This document shows positions 10,701 to 19,966 of a stretch of DNA of 64,000 nt, piece by piece (within the stretch, counting starts at the first letter, position 1; every line of letters begins with the position of its first letter). A program made the position numbers and the translations under genes. A model generated the notes under the pieces. The model saw only the letters and a list, made by a program, of their open reading frames with translations. It was not told the origin of the DNA and ran no database searches. The DNA comes from Chloroflexota bacterium (GTDB lineage: Bacteria > Chloroflexota > UBA11872), in the NCBI GenBank assembly GCA_965198185.1, contig CBDAOU010000001.1:370212-434211 (forward strand), written 5' to 3'.

Positions 10701-11308
10701 TCGAGGCCGGGTTCGATTTCCGCCACGAGATCGCGCAGTCGCTCCAGGTTGCGGTGCGTCCCCGTCAGCCGACGCTCGGCCTGGTCGCGCCGGGCCTGAA
10801 AGCGCCCGATGCCGGCCACCTCTTCGAGGAAGCTCCGCCGCTCCTCGGGGCGTTGCCGCAGCGTCGCGTCGATCTGACCCTGGCTCACAATCGAAGCTCC
10901 GCCGGCCCCAATCCCGCCCGCGCTCAACAGATCAACGATGTCTCGCAGGCGCACCCGCGCGCCGTTGAGGGTGTATTCACTGTCCCCCGAGCGAAACAGC
11001 CGGCGACCGATGACGACTTCGGCGTAGGGCGTGGGCAACCAGGCGTCGGCGTTGTCGAATACCAGCAGCACCTCGGCCATGCCCGTGCGAGGGCGCGACG
11101 CCGTGCCGCCGAAGATCATTTCGTCGGATCGGCGGACTCGAAGGTTTCGCAGCGTCTGTTCCCCGAGCGCCCAGCGGATCGCGTCGGCGAGGTTGCTCTT
11201 GCCGGATCCATTCGGGCCTACGACAGCCGTCACACCCTGGGGCAACTCCACGACCGTGCGGCGAGAAAACGTCTTGAACCCTTGCAGCTCGATTCGTCGC
11301 AGGTGCAC
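7739..11308 (-). CDS. smc: Chromosome segregation protein SMC
   Basis: MHLRRIELQGFKTF, GPNGSGKSN, long coiled coils, LSGGE signature, LDEVDAALDDAN. Confidence 0.95.
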   Translation of the reverse strand: MHLRRIELQGFKTFSRRTVVELPQGVTAVVGPNGSGKSNLADAIRWALGEQTLRNLRVRRSDEMIFGGTASRPRTGMAEVLLVFDNADAWLPTPYAEVVIGRRLFRSGDSEYTLNGARVRLRDIVDLLSAGGIGAGGASIVSQGQIDATLRQRPEERRSFLEEVAGIGRFQARRDQAERRLTGTHRNLERLRDLVAEIEPGLETLRRQAEIAEQGRELESELRVARIAMLRHRLDTVVRQIAEAEEREQAVARRMAALTATPADELRRQASAADLDAQSQDAQLRQRRDEETEAFRALNALEGRLQQLRERLVHLEARTADLPERVRVLDARRAALEAESAQEDLKRRELERQAERRAERLAQLAAALTDARAAADARHAYTSKLAELGARDAMLRERTEQLASEQSRLAGEQSSLAQAQHVAEQEAAAGTQRAAAARERVKQAAAEAETAEAEASAAQGVHQLRANDHAAAERLLADHASRLATLQAEQRALRTAKSSQRESGSSDAALRERVPGVLGRLRDMLRGTPTRDEPLLESALANTLDDWMIRASTDVSAAGAAIRALDLAPARLRLLDAPGAPAVSDALRADPDVLGSLDAHVKVSDASLRPLLRHIVVVADLDAALRVRAAHAKNGPMPMVVALTGAAIEIDGSIRIGLTETTTDPVAERLESIGKAIVQAVRDRDDSARALKSASEAAQAAVVRADAAQAARTERTAAHNAAREALTAAAVEAERLSARVTTLAERRSHAVARLKALDAELGRLADERGDVRRALDALPHASTTAAQAPGDLAALEREHAAAAADQRADTARVAELRDRHGTRAALLEELAAEREQAAALADEIAATRTAAREECDAIGAELDNATVAAEAAREAVREAERQLLEVRLTAQRLYLEAGQRADEERRVGDDLTAAQRETERLAERQADLRRAARDDLDLADLTPQQLDEPLGRVERRAADLRRDLAQLGPLNPLAPEAYREQQARVDDARAQIADLEGAEANLRALTARLQRELHSQFVTTFDAINAHFSRLFRELFGGGSATMVLTAPDDVETTGVEFHVKLPGRRQQELAALSGGERALVATALIMALLHVRQSPFCVLDEVDAALDDANVGRFCRQLHRLSERSQILVITHNAITVESASAIYGVTMQEEGVSDLLSLSLNGAAANGVNGHHAANGRAASVKASSLT

Positions 11309-11311
11309 CGC

Positions 11312-12034
11312 TCAGCCGCTTCCGTTCATTAGCCGAAGCGCGGCGCGCGCGGCGTCCTGCTCGGCTCGCTGCTTGCTTGATCCTTCGCCCTGCGCCAGTC
11401 GCTCGTCGTCAACCGTCACGGCCATGCGGAACCGGCGGGCATGATCCGGTCCGCTTGCATCGACCAGCACGTAGACCGGAGTAGCCGCGCGCTCGACATG
11501 CAGCCGCTCTTGCAGCTGCGTCTTGTAGTCCTTCTGCGGACCGGCCCGGCCGCGCGCGCCAAGCGCCTCGCTCACGAATGGGTTGATGAAGTCTCGGGCC
11601 GCCTCCAAACCGGCGTCGAGATAGACGGCGCCGACCAATGCCTCGAAGGCGCGGCCGAGGACAGAGGCGCGCTGGCGGGCCCCGGTCATTTCGGCGCCGC
11701 GCCCCAGCATCAAATGCGCGCCAAGCCCAAGCGCTTTGGCGAAGCTGGCGGCGGCGTTCAAATTGACGACGGACGCGCGAGCCCGGGTGAGCTGCCCCTC
11801 GTCGTAGGCCGGGTGACGCTCGTACAGCAGCTCGGTCGTGACGAGGCCCAGGACGGCGTCGCCGAGGAATTCCAGCCGCTCGTTTGAGTCGGTCGGCGCC
11901 AGGTCGGCCTCGTTGATGAGCGAGCGATGCACCAACGCCTGCCGCAAGAGCGCGGGGTTGGCGAACCGCACACCCATCTGCTCCTCGAGAGCAACCGGCG
12001 CCTGCGGCGCCGCGTCAGGCGGTGGGGCAGCCAC
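11312..12034 (-). CDS. rnc: Ribonuclease III
   Basis: Signature NERLEFLGDAVL; dsRBD DYKTQLQE...SKQRAEQDAA; usual rnc-smc order. Confidence 0.95.
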   Translation of the reverse strand: MAAPPPDAAPQAPVALEEQMGVRFANPALLRQALVHRSLINEADLAPTDSNERLEFLGDAVLGLVTTELLYERHPAYDEGQLTRARASVVNLNAAASFAKALGLGAHLMLGRGAEMTGARQRASVLGRAFEALVGAVYLDAGLEAARDFINPFVSEALGARGRAGPQKDYKTQLQERLHVERAATPVYVLVDASGPDHARRFRMAVTVDDERLAQGEGSSKQRAEQDAARAALRLMNGSG

Positions 12035-12139
12035 GGAACGACGCGACGGCGGCGGCTGAACGAAGGGTCGGTGATAGGTAAGGACGAAAGGCCGTGCGGG
12101 GGAGCCGCGAACTCAGACGAAGACCTCCTTGCCCCCCTG

Positions 12140-13093
12140 CTAGGTCTGCGCTGCCGGTACCGGATACACGGGCGCACACCACGATCGATAGCGGGCGTTT
12201 CCGCCACACACGATGTCAAAGTATAAGTCCTGGAGCGCGCGTGTGATTGGGCCGATGCCGCCGTCACCAAGCACGCGCCCATCGACCTCGCGCACGGGCG
12301 AGATCTGCGCGCCCGTGCCTACCAGGAACAGCTCGTCGGCGATGTAAAGCTCGGTCCGATCCACGGAGCGCTCAACGGTGTCGATCTGGAGCTCGTCGCG
12401 CGCGATTTGCATGACCGTGCGCCGGGTCACGCCCTCAAGGATGTCGTCGCTGACGGAGGGCGTGAGCAGGACGCCGTCGCGCACGAGGAATACGTTTTCG
12501 CCGGTTCCCTCGCTCACGTGGCCGTCCTCGGTGAGCATGATGGCCTCGTCAAACCCCGACTCGACGGCCTCGGTCTTGGCCACGGACGAGTTGACGTAGA
12601 GCCCGCTCACTTTGCCGCGAGCCGGGATCATGTTGTCATTGATCCGCCGCCACGACGCAACGGTGCAGCGAATGGGCCGCTCGACGTCCAAGTACGGTCC
12701 AAAGGGCACCGCGAACAGGGTGAACTCATCGTCGATGAGTGCCGGGCCATTGGCGGTCGGCCGCACCATGCTCAAGCCGATTTGTTGGGCCGCCTTGTAG
12801 ACCAGCGGGCGCACGTAGACGTCTTCGCGAAACTCGCCGGAGCGCACGACGTTACAGGCAATCTCGACCAGCTCATCGTCGGTGTGGGGAATCACCATAC
12901 GCAGGATCTTGGCGGATTGCCGCTGGCGCACGAAGTGCTCCCGCGCGCGGAACAAGTACATCTGCTCCTCGTCCGCGTTCCAATAGCCGCGGATGCCTTC
13001 GATTACGCCGGTGCCGTAGTTGAGCGCATGCGTCATGACGCTCACTTTGGCGTCGGCGAAATCTACATACGAGCCCTGAAAGAAGGCCTTCAC
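12140..13093 (-). CDS. ilvE: Branched-chain amino acid aminotransferase (class IV PLP)
   Basis: LNYGTGVIEGIRGY, KVSGLYVNS, SEGTGENVF, ILEGVTRRT, GTGAQI. Confidence 0.88.
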   Translation of the reverse strand: MKAFFQGSYVDFADAKVSVMTHALNYGTGVIEGIRGYWNADEEQMYLFRAREHFVRQRQSAKILRMVIPHTDDELVEIACNVVRSGEFREDVYVRPLVYKAAQQIGLSMVRPTANGPALIDDEFTLFAVPFGPYLDVERPIRCTVASWRRINDNMIPARGKVSGLYVNSSVAKTEAVESGFDEAIMLTEDGHVSEGTGENVFLVRDGVLLTPSVSDDILEGVTRRTVMQIARDELQIDTVERSVDRTELYIADELFLVGTGAQISPVREVDGRVLGDGGIGPITRALQDLYFDIVCGGNARYRSWCAPVYPVPAAQT

Positions 13094-13180
13094 GGACGGG
13101 TCCTAGGCGCAGACGGCACGCGCGGCAGCGTGCCACAGGCTGCGAGATACCGGCCAATTGAACCGCGGCGAGCTTAGCAT

Positions 13181-13717
13181 TTAGGGCCGTGCGCCCGGCC
13201 CTGCGCCGTAGCTCCGCCGGCGCAGAAACACAAGCTCGCCACGCAGGTCGGTGGTTGCGTGGTAGACCTTGAAGCCCCATTTCTCATACAGGCGCCGGGC
13301 GTAGGCATTGGGGGCGTCGACCCCGATGGTGAGAACGTCCGCGCCGCGCGCCTCGGCTTCGCGCGAGGCCGCGAGAGTCAAGGCCTCGGCAATCCCCAAG
13401 CGTCGGAAGGGATCGGCCACGATCAGCGTATGCAGGTAGGCCGCGCGCTGCCCGTCCGCGATGCTGCGATCAAGGTGCCGATGCCGGATCCACAGCTGCG
13501 CGACAAGCGATTCGTTGAACATCGCGACCAGTCCCGTTTGGACGCCTTGGCGCTGCTCGTCGAAGTACCTGCGCAGGACGCGTCGCTGGGCGAGCCGCCG
13601 CTCGGAACCCCACAGCTCGCTCACGGGCTCGAGATCGTCCGGCGTCGCGCGCCGGATCTCGATGGGCGTGTCGATGGTCACCCGATGCGACCCGTCGGCC
13701 GCAACCTCGATTGTCAC
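13181..13717 (-). CDS. GNAT family N-acetyltransferase
   Basis: Motif A LIVADPFRRLGIAEAL; motif B NAYARRLYEKWGF. Confidence 0.82.
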   Translation of the reverse strand: MTIEVAADGSHRVTIDTPIEIRRATPDDLEPVSELWGSERRLAQRRVLRRYFDEQRQGVQTGLVAMFNESLVAQLWIRHRHLDRSIADGQRAAYLHTLIVADPFRRLGIAEALTLAASREAEARGADVLTIGVDAPNAYARRLYEKWGFKVYHATTDLRGELVFLRRRSYGAGPGARP

Positions 13718-14922
13718 GGCGACTGACGTCCGGGAACGCCGATCGCGCCGTCGAGTTCGAGGCGCTCGAGCTCGGCTGCGTCGACGCCGAGCAACTCCCG
13801 CAGCACGGGACGCGTGTGGGCGCCCCAGGCGGGGGATGGATCGCCAAGGTCAGCCTCCACGCCCGAAGCCTTGATGGGCGCGCCGGGTACCGGGAGCCGA
13901 CCGATGTTGGGCTGGTCCATTGCCACGATCATGTTGCGGGCGCGCAGGTGCGGATCGTCCAAGAGGTCCGACATGCGGTTGACTTTCGCACAGGGAATGC
14001 CGGCCTCAAGCAGGACTTCCAGCCAATGAGCCGTCCCGTGCGCCCGCAGCACATCTTCCAACGCGTCGGCCAGATCTTCGGCGCACTCGGCGCGAAGCGC
14101 ATTGGTGGTGAACCGCTCGTCATCCGCCAGGGCAGGCGCCCCGAGCGCGTCGCATAGCCGACGCCAGAGCGCGTCATTGCCGCAGGCAATCACGATCTCA
14201 CCGTCGGCCGTCGCGAAGGTGCTGAACGGCGCGATGGCGGGATGCCGATTGCCGATGGGACCGGGATCTTCTCCGCTGACCCAGTAGCGCGCCATAGCGT
14301 TCTCAACCACGGCGACCAAGGCGTCCATCATCGCGAGGTCGACGTGGCAGCCCTCGCCGGTGCGTTCGCGGCGTTGCAGCGCGGCCAGCACGGCGACGGT
14401 CGCATAGAGGGCAGGAACGATGTCGCCGAGGGAGGCGCCGACGCGCGTGGGCCCGCCGCCGGCGGGGCCGGTGATGCCCATGAGGCCGCCCATGGCCTGG
14501 ATGATGACGTCGTACGCCCCGCGATCACGGTAGGGGCCGACCTGGCCGAAGCCGGAGACGGAAACGTAGACGATGTCGGCGTTTCGCTCACGAACCGCGT
14601 CAAACCCGAGCCCGAGCCGCTCCAGCGTGCCGGGCCGGTAGTTTTCGACGAGCACGTCGGCGCGCGCGGCCAGCCCAAGCGCCAACTCGACCGCCCGCGG
14701 GTGCTTCAGATTGAGCGCGACACTTTCCTTGCCGCGGTTGATGCTGGCGAAGTAGAGGCTGTGGCCGTCGACGAAAGGCCCCATGCCACGGGCTTCATCG
14801 CCCTCCGGGCTCTCAACTTTGATCACGCGCGCGCCAAGATCGGCGAGCGTCATGGTGCAGAACGGTCCGGCGAGCACCCGCGTGAAGTCCAGCACCAGCG
14901 TGCCGTCCAAAAATCCGCCCAT
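13714..14922 (-). CDS. Family III CoA-transferase (CaiB/BaiF)
   Basis: LDFTRVLAGPFCT, SINRGKESVALNLK, ENYRPG, YDVIIQAMGGLM. Start ATG 14922. Confidence 0.92.
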   Translation of the reverse strand: MGGFLDGTLVLDFTRVLAGPFCTMTLADLGARVIKVESPEGDEARGMGPFVDGHSLYFASINRGKESVALNLKHPRAVELALGLAARADVLVENYRPGTLERLGLGFDAVRERNADIVYVSVSGFGQVGPYRDRGAYDVIIQAMGGLMGITGPAGGGPTRVGASLGDIVPALYATVAVLAALQRRERTGEGCHVDLAMMDALVAVVENAMARYWVSGEDPGPIGNRHPAIAPFSTFATADGEIVIACGNDALWRRLCDALGAPALADDERFTTNALRAECAEDLADALEDVLRAHGTAHWLEVLLEAGIPCAKVNRMSDLLDDPHLRARNMIVAMDQPNIGRLPVPGAPIKASGVEADLGDPSPAWGAHTRPVLRELLGVDAAELERLELDGAIGVPGRQSP

Positions 14923-14953
14923 CAGGGATTGCTCCGGACGCTTGGTCGGCGAT

Positions 14954-15778
14954 TCATGAGGCGCTTGTGCGCGCGGCGCGGATGCGCTGCACCAGCCATC
15001 CCTGGACGCCGACCATGCGTTGCGCCGAGTAGATGGCGAACACGGCGAAGAGGATGCGCAAGCCAAAGGCGGGAATGAACTGGGCCAGCTGCGCGCCGAC
15101 GGCGCCGCCCACGATGCCCCCGGCGGCGATGTAGAGGGCCCAGCGGAAATCGACGTTGCCCTGGCGAAAGTGCTGCGCGGCGCCGGAAATCGCGGTTGGC
15201 ACGATGACGGCCAGCGAGATGCCCTGGGCGAAGTGCTGATCGATGCCCATCACGATCACCATGGCGGGAACCATCACGATGCCGCCGCCCACGCCCATGG
15301 TTCCCGCCACCAACCCGGTGACGGTGCCGGCGATCAGCGCCGCCACAATGACCTGGAGTCCTTCCATTTGCCCGAACATGGCGGCGCTCTGCGCCGAAAG
15401 CAGCAATCGCACCGCCGTGAGCATCAGCAGCACGGCGAACCCGCGCCGCAGGACCGTGGCGTTCAGATGCTTGGTGAGCCGCGCGCCCACCACCGCAAAA
15501 CCGACGGACGTGCCGGCCAATGACGCCACGACGAGCCAGTCGAGGCCGTGCGCGATCCAGTAGGGAATCACCGCACTGATGGCAATTGGGACGATCATGG
15601 CCAGCGAGGTGCCGTGCGCGCGATGCTGGGTCATGGCCAGGATCGCGACCATCAAGGGCACCATGACGATGCCGCCGCCCACGCCCACAAGCCCGCTGAT
15701 CAGACCACCGGTGAGGCCGATCGCGATGACAAAGGCGGCAGGCGGGCGCCGAGCAGGCGACGCTAGCGGAGACGACAT
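14954..15778 (-). CDS. TauE/SafE (TSUP) family membrane exporter
   Basis: Two internal repeats GLxxGxxGVGGGIVMVP, HRAHGTSLA/HFAQGISLA; about 8 TM. Confidence 0.88.
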   Translation of the reverse strand: MSSPLASPARRPPAAFVIAIGLTGGLISGLVGVGGGIVMVPLMVAILAMTQHRAHGTSLAMIVPIAISAVIPYWIAHGLDWLVVASLAGTSVGFAVVGARLTKHLNATVLRRGFAVLLMLTAVRLLLSAQSAAMFGQMEGLQVIVAALIAGTVTGLVAGTMGVGGGIVMVPAMVIVMGIDQHFAQGISLAVIVPTAISGAAQHFRQGNVDFRWALYIAAGGIVGGAVGAQLAQFIPAFGLRILFAVFAIYSAQRMVGVQGWLVQRIRAARTSAS

Positions 15779-15857
15779 GGGGTTGGCGGATTATAGGGAG
15801 GCGAGGAGCCGCCGCCGCGTATACTCGCACCCCGCCGACGTTTAGTGGGAGAGCGCC

Positions 15858-17846
15858 GTGCCCTCCCCTCCGCAGGTTCCCAACCTCCGCCTGGCTGCGT
15901 CCCTCTTTGGACAGCAGCTCGGTCCCCTGCGTGAGCGCGAGTGGCTCGTCACCAACGGCCTTGGCGGCTATGCGGCCGGAACGGTCGGCGGGCCCGGAAC
16001 GCGCCGCTATCACGGCTTGCTCGTCGCCGCGGCTCCGCCACCCAATGCCCGCTGGGTGATGGTGGCCGGGGCCCAGGTCCAGGCCACGGTTGACGGCACG
16101 CGCCACTGGCTCGGCACGCACGAGTACCTCGACGGCACGATCCATCCGGATGGGTCTCGCCACCTGGCCGGATTTGAGTTGATCGGCAGTCGACCAAGCT
16201 GGACGTGGACCATTGCCGGCCAGACGCTGCGGTGCGACCTGTGGATGCCGTATGGCGCCAATCAGACCGTGATTCGCTATGGCAACGCGGGCGACACGCC
16301 GATTGAGCTCGAGTGGCAGCCCCTGGTGACGCTGCGGTGGTTTCACCAACTGGTTACCGGAGCGCGTCCGGTCGACTTGACGCAGGCTCTGGACGCCCGC
16401 GTGGTGATGACGTCCGGAGAGGCGCCGCCGCTCGTCGTGGATCACAGCGGCTGGGAGTTCGATGAGGCGCCCGACTGGCACTGGAATCTGGCGCGCGCGT
16501 TTGAGCGGGGGCGCGGCTTCGACGCTCACGAAGACGCGTTCACTCCGGGGGTCTTCCACACAAGCGTCCAGCCTGGAGGTACCGCTTCTCTGGTGCTGGC
16601 CGCCGGCGAGCCGGAGGACGTGATCGGCGTGGAGCACGAGCCGACGGCCGTGGACCAGCGCGCCGCGGAGCTCGTGGACGGGTCCACGAGTGATCTGGAA
16701 GCCCAGTTGAGGCTGGCCGCGGACCAGGTGTTTGTGCGGCGCGGCGGGTTAGCGCATTCCACGCTGCCGAACACGGTGATTGCGGGCTATCCCTGGTTCG
16801 GCGATTGGGGGCGTGACACGTTCATCGCGCTCCCCGGCTTGTGCCTGGCCACGGGACGGACGGACGTCGCGCGAGCCGTTCTGGTGGCCTACGCGAGCTT
16901 CGTGGACCAGGGCATGGTCCCGAATCGCTGGCCGGATGCCGGGGACGAGCCGGAGTACACCTCGGTCGACGCGGCGCTGTGGTTCCTCCATGCGCTCGAG
17001 GCCTATGTGGACGCCACCGGCGACACCGAAATTCTGGAGGGCCTGGGGACCGCCGTGCTGGACATCGTGGACTGGCACATCCGCGGTACGCGCCACGGAA
17101 TCCAGATGGACCCGGAGGACGGTCTGATCACCCAGGGCGCCGAGGGTCTGCAGCTGACCTGGATGGATGCCAAGGTCGGCGATTGGGTGGTCACGCCGCG
17201 GCGCGGCAAGCCGGTGGAGATCAATGCGCTGTGGTGGCGCGGGTTGACGTTTGCCGCCCGCGCGTTCGAGCACCTGCAGTGGGATCCCGGTGAGACCGGC
17301 GAGCTTGCGGACCGAGCGGCGGCTTCATTCGCGCGGCGGTTTTGGAACTCGGAGGCCGGCTGCTGTTTCGACGTCGTGGATGGACCCACAGGCGACGATC
17401 CGTCCATCCGACCCAATCAGGTGATTGCGTTGGCCGTGGGTCCCCACCTGCTGCCGTCCGCCCGCGCCGAGTCGGCGCTGGCGGTGGTGGAACGCGATCT
17501 GCTGACGCCGGTGGGTCTGCGCAGCCTGTCGCCAGCCGACGTCGCCTATCGGCGCGAGTATGGCGGCGACCCGGTCCAACGCGACGGCGCCTATCATCAA
17601 GGTCCGGTGTGGAGTTGGCTGCTCGGCATGTACGTGCGCGCGGCCGTGGCCCTGGGCCGGACGCAGCGCGACCTGGACTGGATCGAAGGCAGCTTGGAGC
17701 GGCATCTCTCTGAAGGAGCGATCGGCACGGTCAGCGAGATTTTCCAGCCCGATTCGCCATATACCCCGGACGGCGCGTTTGCCCAAGCGTGGGGCGTTGG
17801 CGAGTGGTTGTGGGCGCTTCAGGCATTGCGTCGCGCTCCGCCGTGA
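15858..17846 (+). CDS. Glycogen debranching enzyme-like amylo-alpha-1,6-glucosidase
   Basis: REWLVTNGLGGYA, RRYHGLL, IAGYPWFGDWGRDTFI, TWMDAK, YHQGPVWSWL, AQAWGVGE. Confidence 0.9.
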   Translation: MPSPPQVPNLRLAASLFGQQLGPLREREWLVTNGLGGYAAGTVGGPGTRRYHGLLVAAAPPPNARWVMVAGAQVQATVDGTRHWLGTHEYLDGTIHPDGSRHLAGFELIGSRPSWTWTIAGQTLRCDLWMPYGANQTVIRYGNAGDTPIELEWQPLVTLRWFHQLVTGARPVDLTQALDARVVMTSGEAPPLVVDHSGWEFDEAPDWHWNLARAFERGRGFDAHEDAFTPGVFHTSVQPGGTASLVLAAGEPEDVIGVEHEPTAVDQRAAELVDGSTSDLEAQLRLAADQVFVRRGGLAHSTLPNTVIAGYPWFGDWGRDTFIALPGLCLATGRTDVARAVLVAYASFVDQGMVPNRWPDAGDEPEYTSVDAALWFLHALEAYVDATGDTEILEGLGTAVLDIVDWHIRGTRHGIQMDPEDGLITQGAEGLQLTWMDAKVGDWVVTPRRGKPVEINALWWRGLTFAARAFEHLQWDPGETGELADRAAASFARRFWNSEAGCCFDVVDGPTGDDPSIRPNQVIALAVGPHLLPSARAESALAVVERDLLTPVGLRSLSPADVAYRREYGGDPVQRDGAYHQGPVWSWLLGMYVRAAVALGRTQRDLDWIEGSLERHLSEGAIGTVSEIFQPDSPYTPDGAFAQAWGVGEWLWALQALRRAPP

Positions 17847-18739
17847 GTCCACCGGACGAACATTGGGCGCCGCCAAGCGGCCAGCGCATCGCGCTGCCCT
17901 CGGGCATCTGCCATTACCGCGAGGCCGGGCAGGGCCGCCCGACCATCGTCCTGCTCCACGGCTTGCCAAGCGATTCGCGCGTCTACGGAATCCTGCAGCC
18001 GCTGCTCGCGGATAAGGCGCACACGCTGGCCCCGGACATGCTTGGCTGGGGCTTCTCGGAGCCCAATGAGGGGCTTGAGTTCAGCTTCGACACAATCGAC
18101 CGGAACCTGGCCCAGTTCATCGAGGCGCACGGTCTCGATGACGTGGTGCTGGTGGGGCACGAGATGACGGGGCCCGCGGCGATCCGTTGGGCCGTGGCGA
18201 ATCCCGGGCGGGCTCGCGGCCTGGTACTGCTCAACACCTACTACGGCTGGAATTCGGCCCGCATGCCGCCGGCGCTGAAAGCCCTGCATGTACCGCTGGT
18301 GGGCCCGGTCTTGCAGCGGGCCATGGGCGCCATGCCCTCGCTGCTCTTTGGCAACCTCTTCCGCTGGCAACTGGGCCGCGTCTGGGGTGCGCACACGCAT
18401 CTCTCCGACGAGTTGACGCGCACCTTTCGCGAAACGTTCGCGGCGTCCTCCACCGCGCGCAAAGCATTGCACCGCATCACAAAGGGCCTGCCAGCGCAGA
18501 TCAACGCCAACCAGCGGCGGCTGGACCTGCCGGCGCAATTGCAGTGCCGCACGCTGATCCTGTGGGGCGGCCGCGATCCGTACCTGGGTCCCCACGTGGC
18601 GCGGCAATTCCGCCGGCTGATTCCCAATTCCGAGCTGAACCTGATCCACGACGTGGGGCATTTCGTGCAGGTAGAGGCGGCCGAAGATGTCGCCGGCGCC
18701 ATCAGCGCCTTCCTGGAGCGATGCCGTGGCGAGCCGTAG
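17843..18739 (+). CDS. Alpha/beta hydrolase (haloalkane dehalogenase/epoxide hydrolase-like)
   Basis: LLHGLP oxyanion motif, APDMLGWGFS, elbow VGHEMTG, LWGGRDPYL, VGHFVQ. GTG start overlaps the upstream TGA. Confidence 0.82.
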   Translation: MSPPDEHWAPPSGQRIALPSGICHYREAGQGRPTIVLLHGLPSDSRVYGILQPLLADKAHTLAPDMLGWGFSEPNEGLEFSFDTIDRNLAQFIEAHGLDDVVLVGHEMTGPAAIRWAVANPGRARGLVLLNTYYGWNSARMPPALKALHVPLVGPVLQRAMGAMPSLLFGNLFRWQLGRVWGAHTHLSDELTRTFRETFAASSTARKALHRITKGLPAQINANQRRLDLPAQLQCRTLILWGGRDPYLGPHVARQFRRLIPNSELNLIHDVGHFVQVEAAEDVAGAISAFLERCRGEP

Positions 18740-18790
18740 CGAGCGGCGTCCGTATACTCGCCAGCGCGACTCCGCACACACGCACCTGAC

Positions 18791-19879
18791 ATGAGCACGC
18801 ACCGCATTGCCCTGCTTCCCGGTGACGGCATCGGCGTCGATGTGGTCCGCGAAGGGCAACTCGTCCTCGACACACTGGCCCAGGCCACCGGCGCCATGCG
18901 ATGGGACATGCAGGAGTTTCCCTGGAGTTGCGATTACTACCTGGAGCACGGCCAGTACATGCCGGATGACGCCCTTGACGTCTTGGATCGCTTCGACGCG
19001 ATCCTGTATGGCGCCTGCGGACTGCCGGACGTCGTGCCCGACGAGATTTCTCAGCACCAGGGGGTGCTGCGCCTGCGGCAGGGTTTTGAGCTCTACGTGA
19101 ACCTGCGCCCCGCGCGCCTGCTCCCCGGCCTGCCAACCCCGCTGGCGGGCAAGGGGCCGGGGGACTTCGACCTGCTGTGCGTGCGCGAGAACTCGGAAGG
19201 CGAGTACGCGGGATGCGGCGGGCGCGTCCACCAGGGCTCGTCCTACGAGGTGGCGCTGCAGACCACGGTCTTCACCCGCGAGGGCGTCGAGCGCATCATT
19301 CGCTATGCGTTTGACTTGGCCGTGCGTTTGGGCCGACGCCACGTGACCAACGTGACCAAGTCCAACGCGCTGCAATTCGCCCCGGTGTTTTGGGATGAGG
19401 TCTTCGAGGAAGTGGCCGCCGACTATCCCGGCATCACCACCGACCGGAACCTGGTGGACGCGGCGGCGGCGCGCATGGTGCGCAGCCCCGAGACGTTTGA
19501 CGTGCTGGTGGCGTCGAACCTGTTCGGCGACATTCTCTCGGACATCGGCGGCGCCCTGATGGGCAGCCTGGGCGTGCCGGCGAGCGCCAATCTCAATCCC
19601 GAAGGTGCGCATCCGCCAATGTTCGAGCCGGTGCACGGATCGGCGCCCGACATCGCGGGGCAAGGCATTGCGTCACCGATCGCCACGATTTGGGCCGCGG
19701 CGATGATGGTGGAGCACCTTGGCCACCCCGGGGAAGCCGATCTGGTAATGGCGGCGCTGGGCGACGTCACAGCCGCGGGAGTCTTGACGCCGGATCTCGG
19801 CGGCCAGGCGACGACCACGGAGTGCGGCGCGGCTGTGCGGGACGCGCTGCGCGCCCGCGCGGCGTCCGCCGCCGCGTAG
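18791..19879 (+). CDS. Isocitrate/isopropylmalate dehydrogenase family, tartrate/D-malate dehydrogenase-like
   Basis: PGDGIG, YVNLRP, RENSEGEY, TKSNAL, SNLFGDILSD, FEPVHGSAPDIAG. Confidence 0.85.
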   Translation: MSTHRIALLPGDGIGVDVVREGQLVLDTLAQATGAMRWDMQEFPWSCDYYLEHGQYMPDDALDVLDRFDAILYGACGLPDVVPDEISQHQGVLRLRQGFELYVNLRPARLLPGLPTPLAGKGPGDFDLLCVRENSEGEYAGCGGRVHQGSSYEVALQTTVFTREGVERIIRYAFDLAVRLGRRHVTNVTKSNALQFAPVFWDEVFEEVAADYPGITTDRNLVDAAAARMVRSPETFDVLVASNLFGDILSDIGGALMGSLGVPASANLNPEGAHPPMFEPVHGSAPDIAGQGIASPIATIWAAAMMVEHLGHPGEADLVMAALGDVTAAGVLTPDLGGQATTTECGAAVRDALRARAASAAA

Positions 19880-19966
19880 CAACAACTCTTGTCCGAGAGC
19901 CGGATGGCTCCTAGGATGGGATTCCTGCTTCACCGCGAAGCCCGCGCCACGCTCTAGGCCAGCTCT

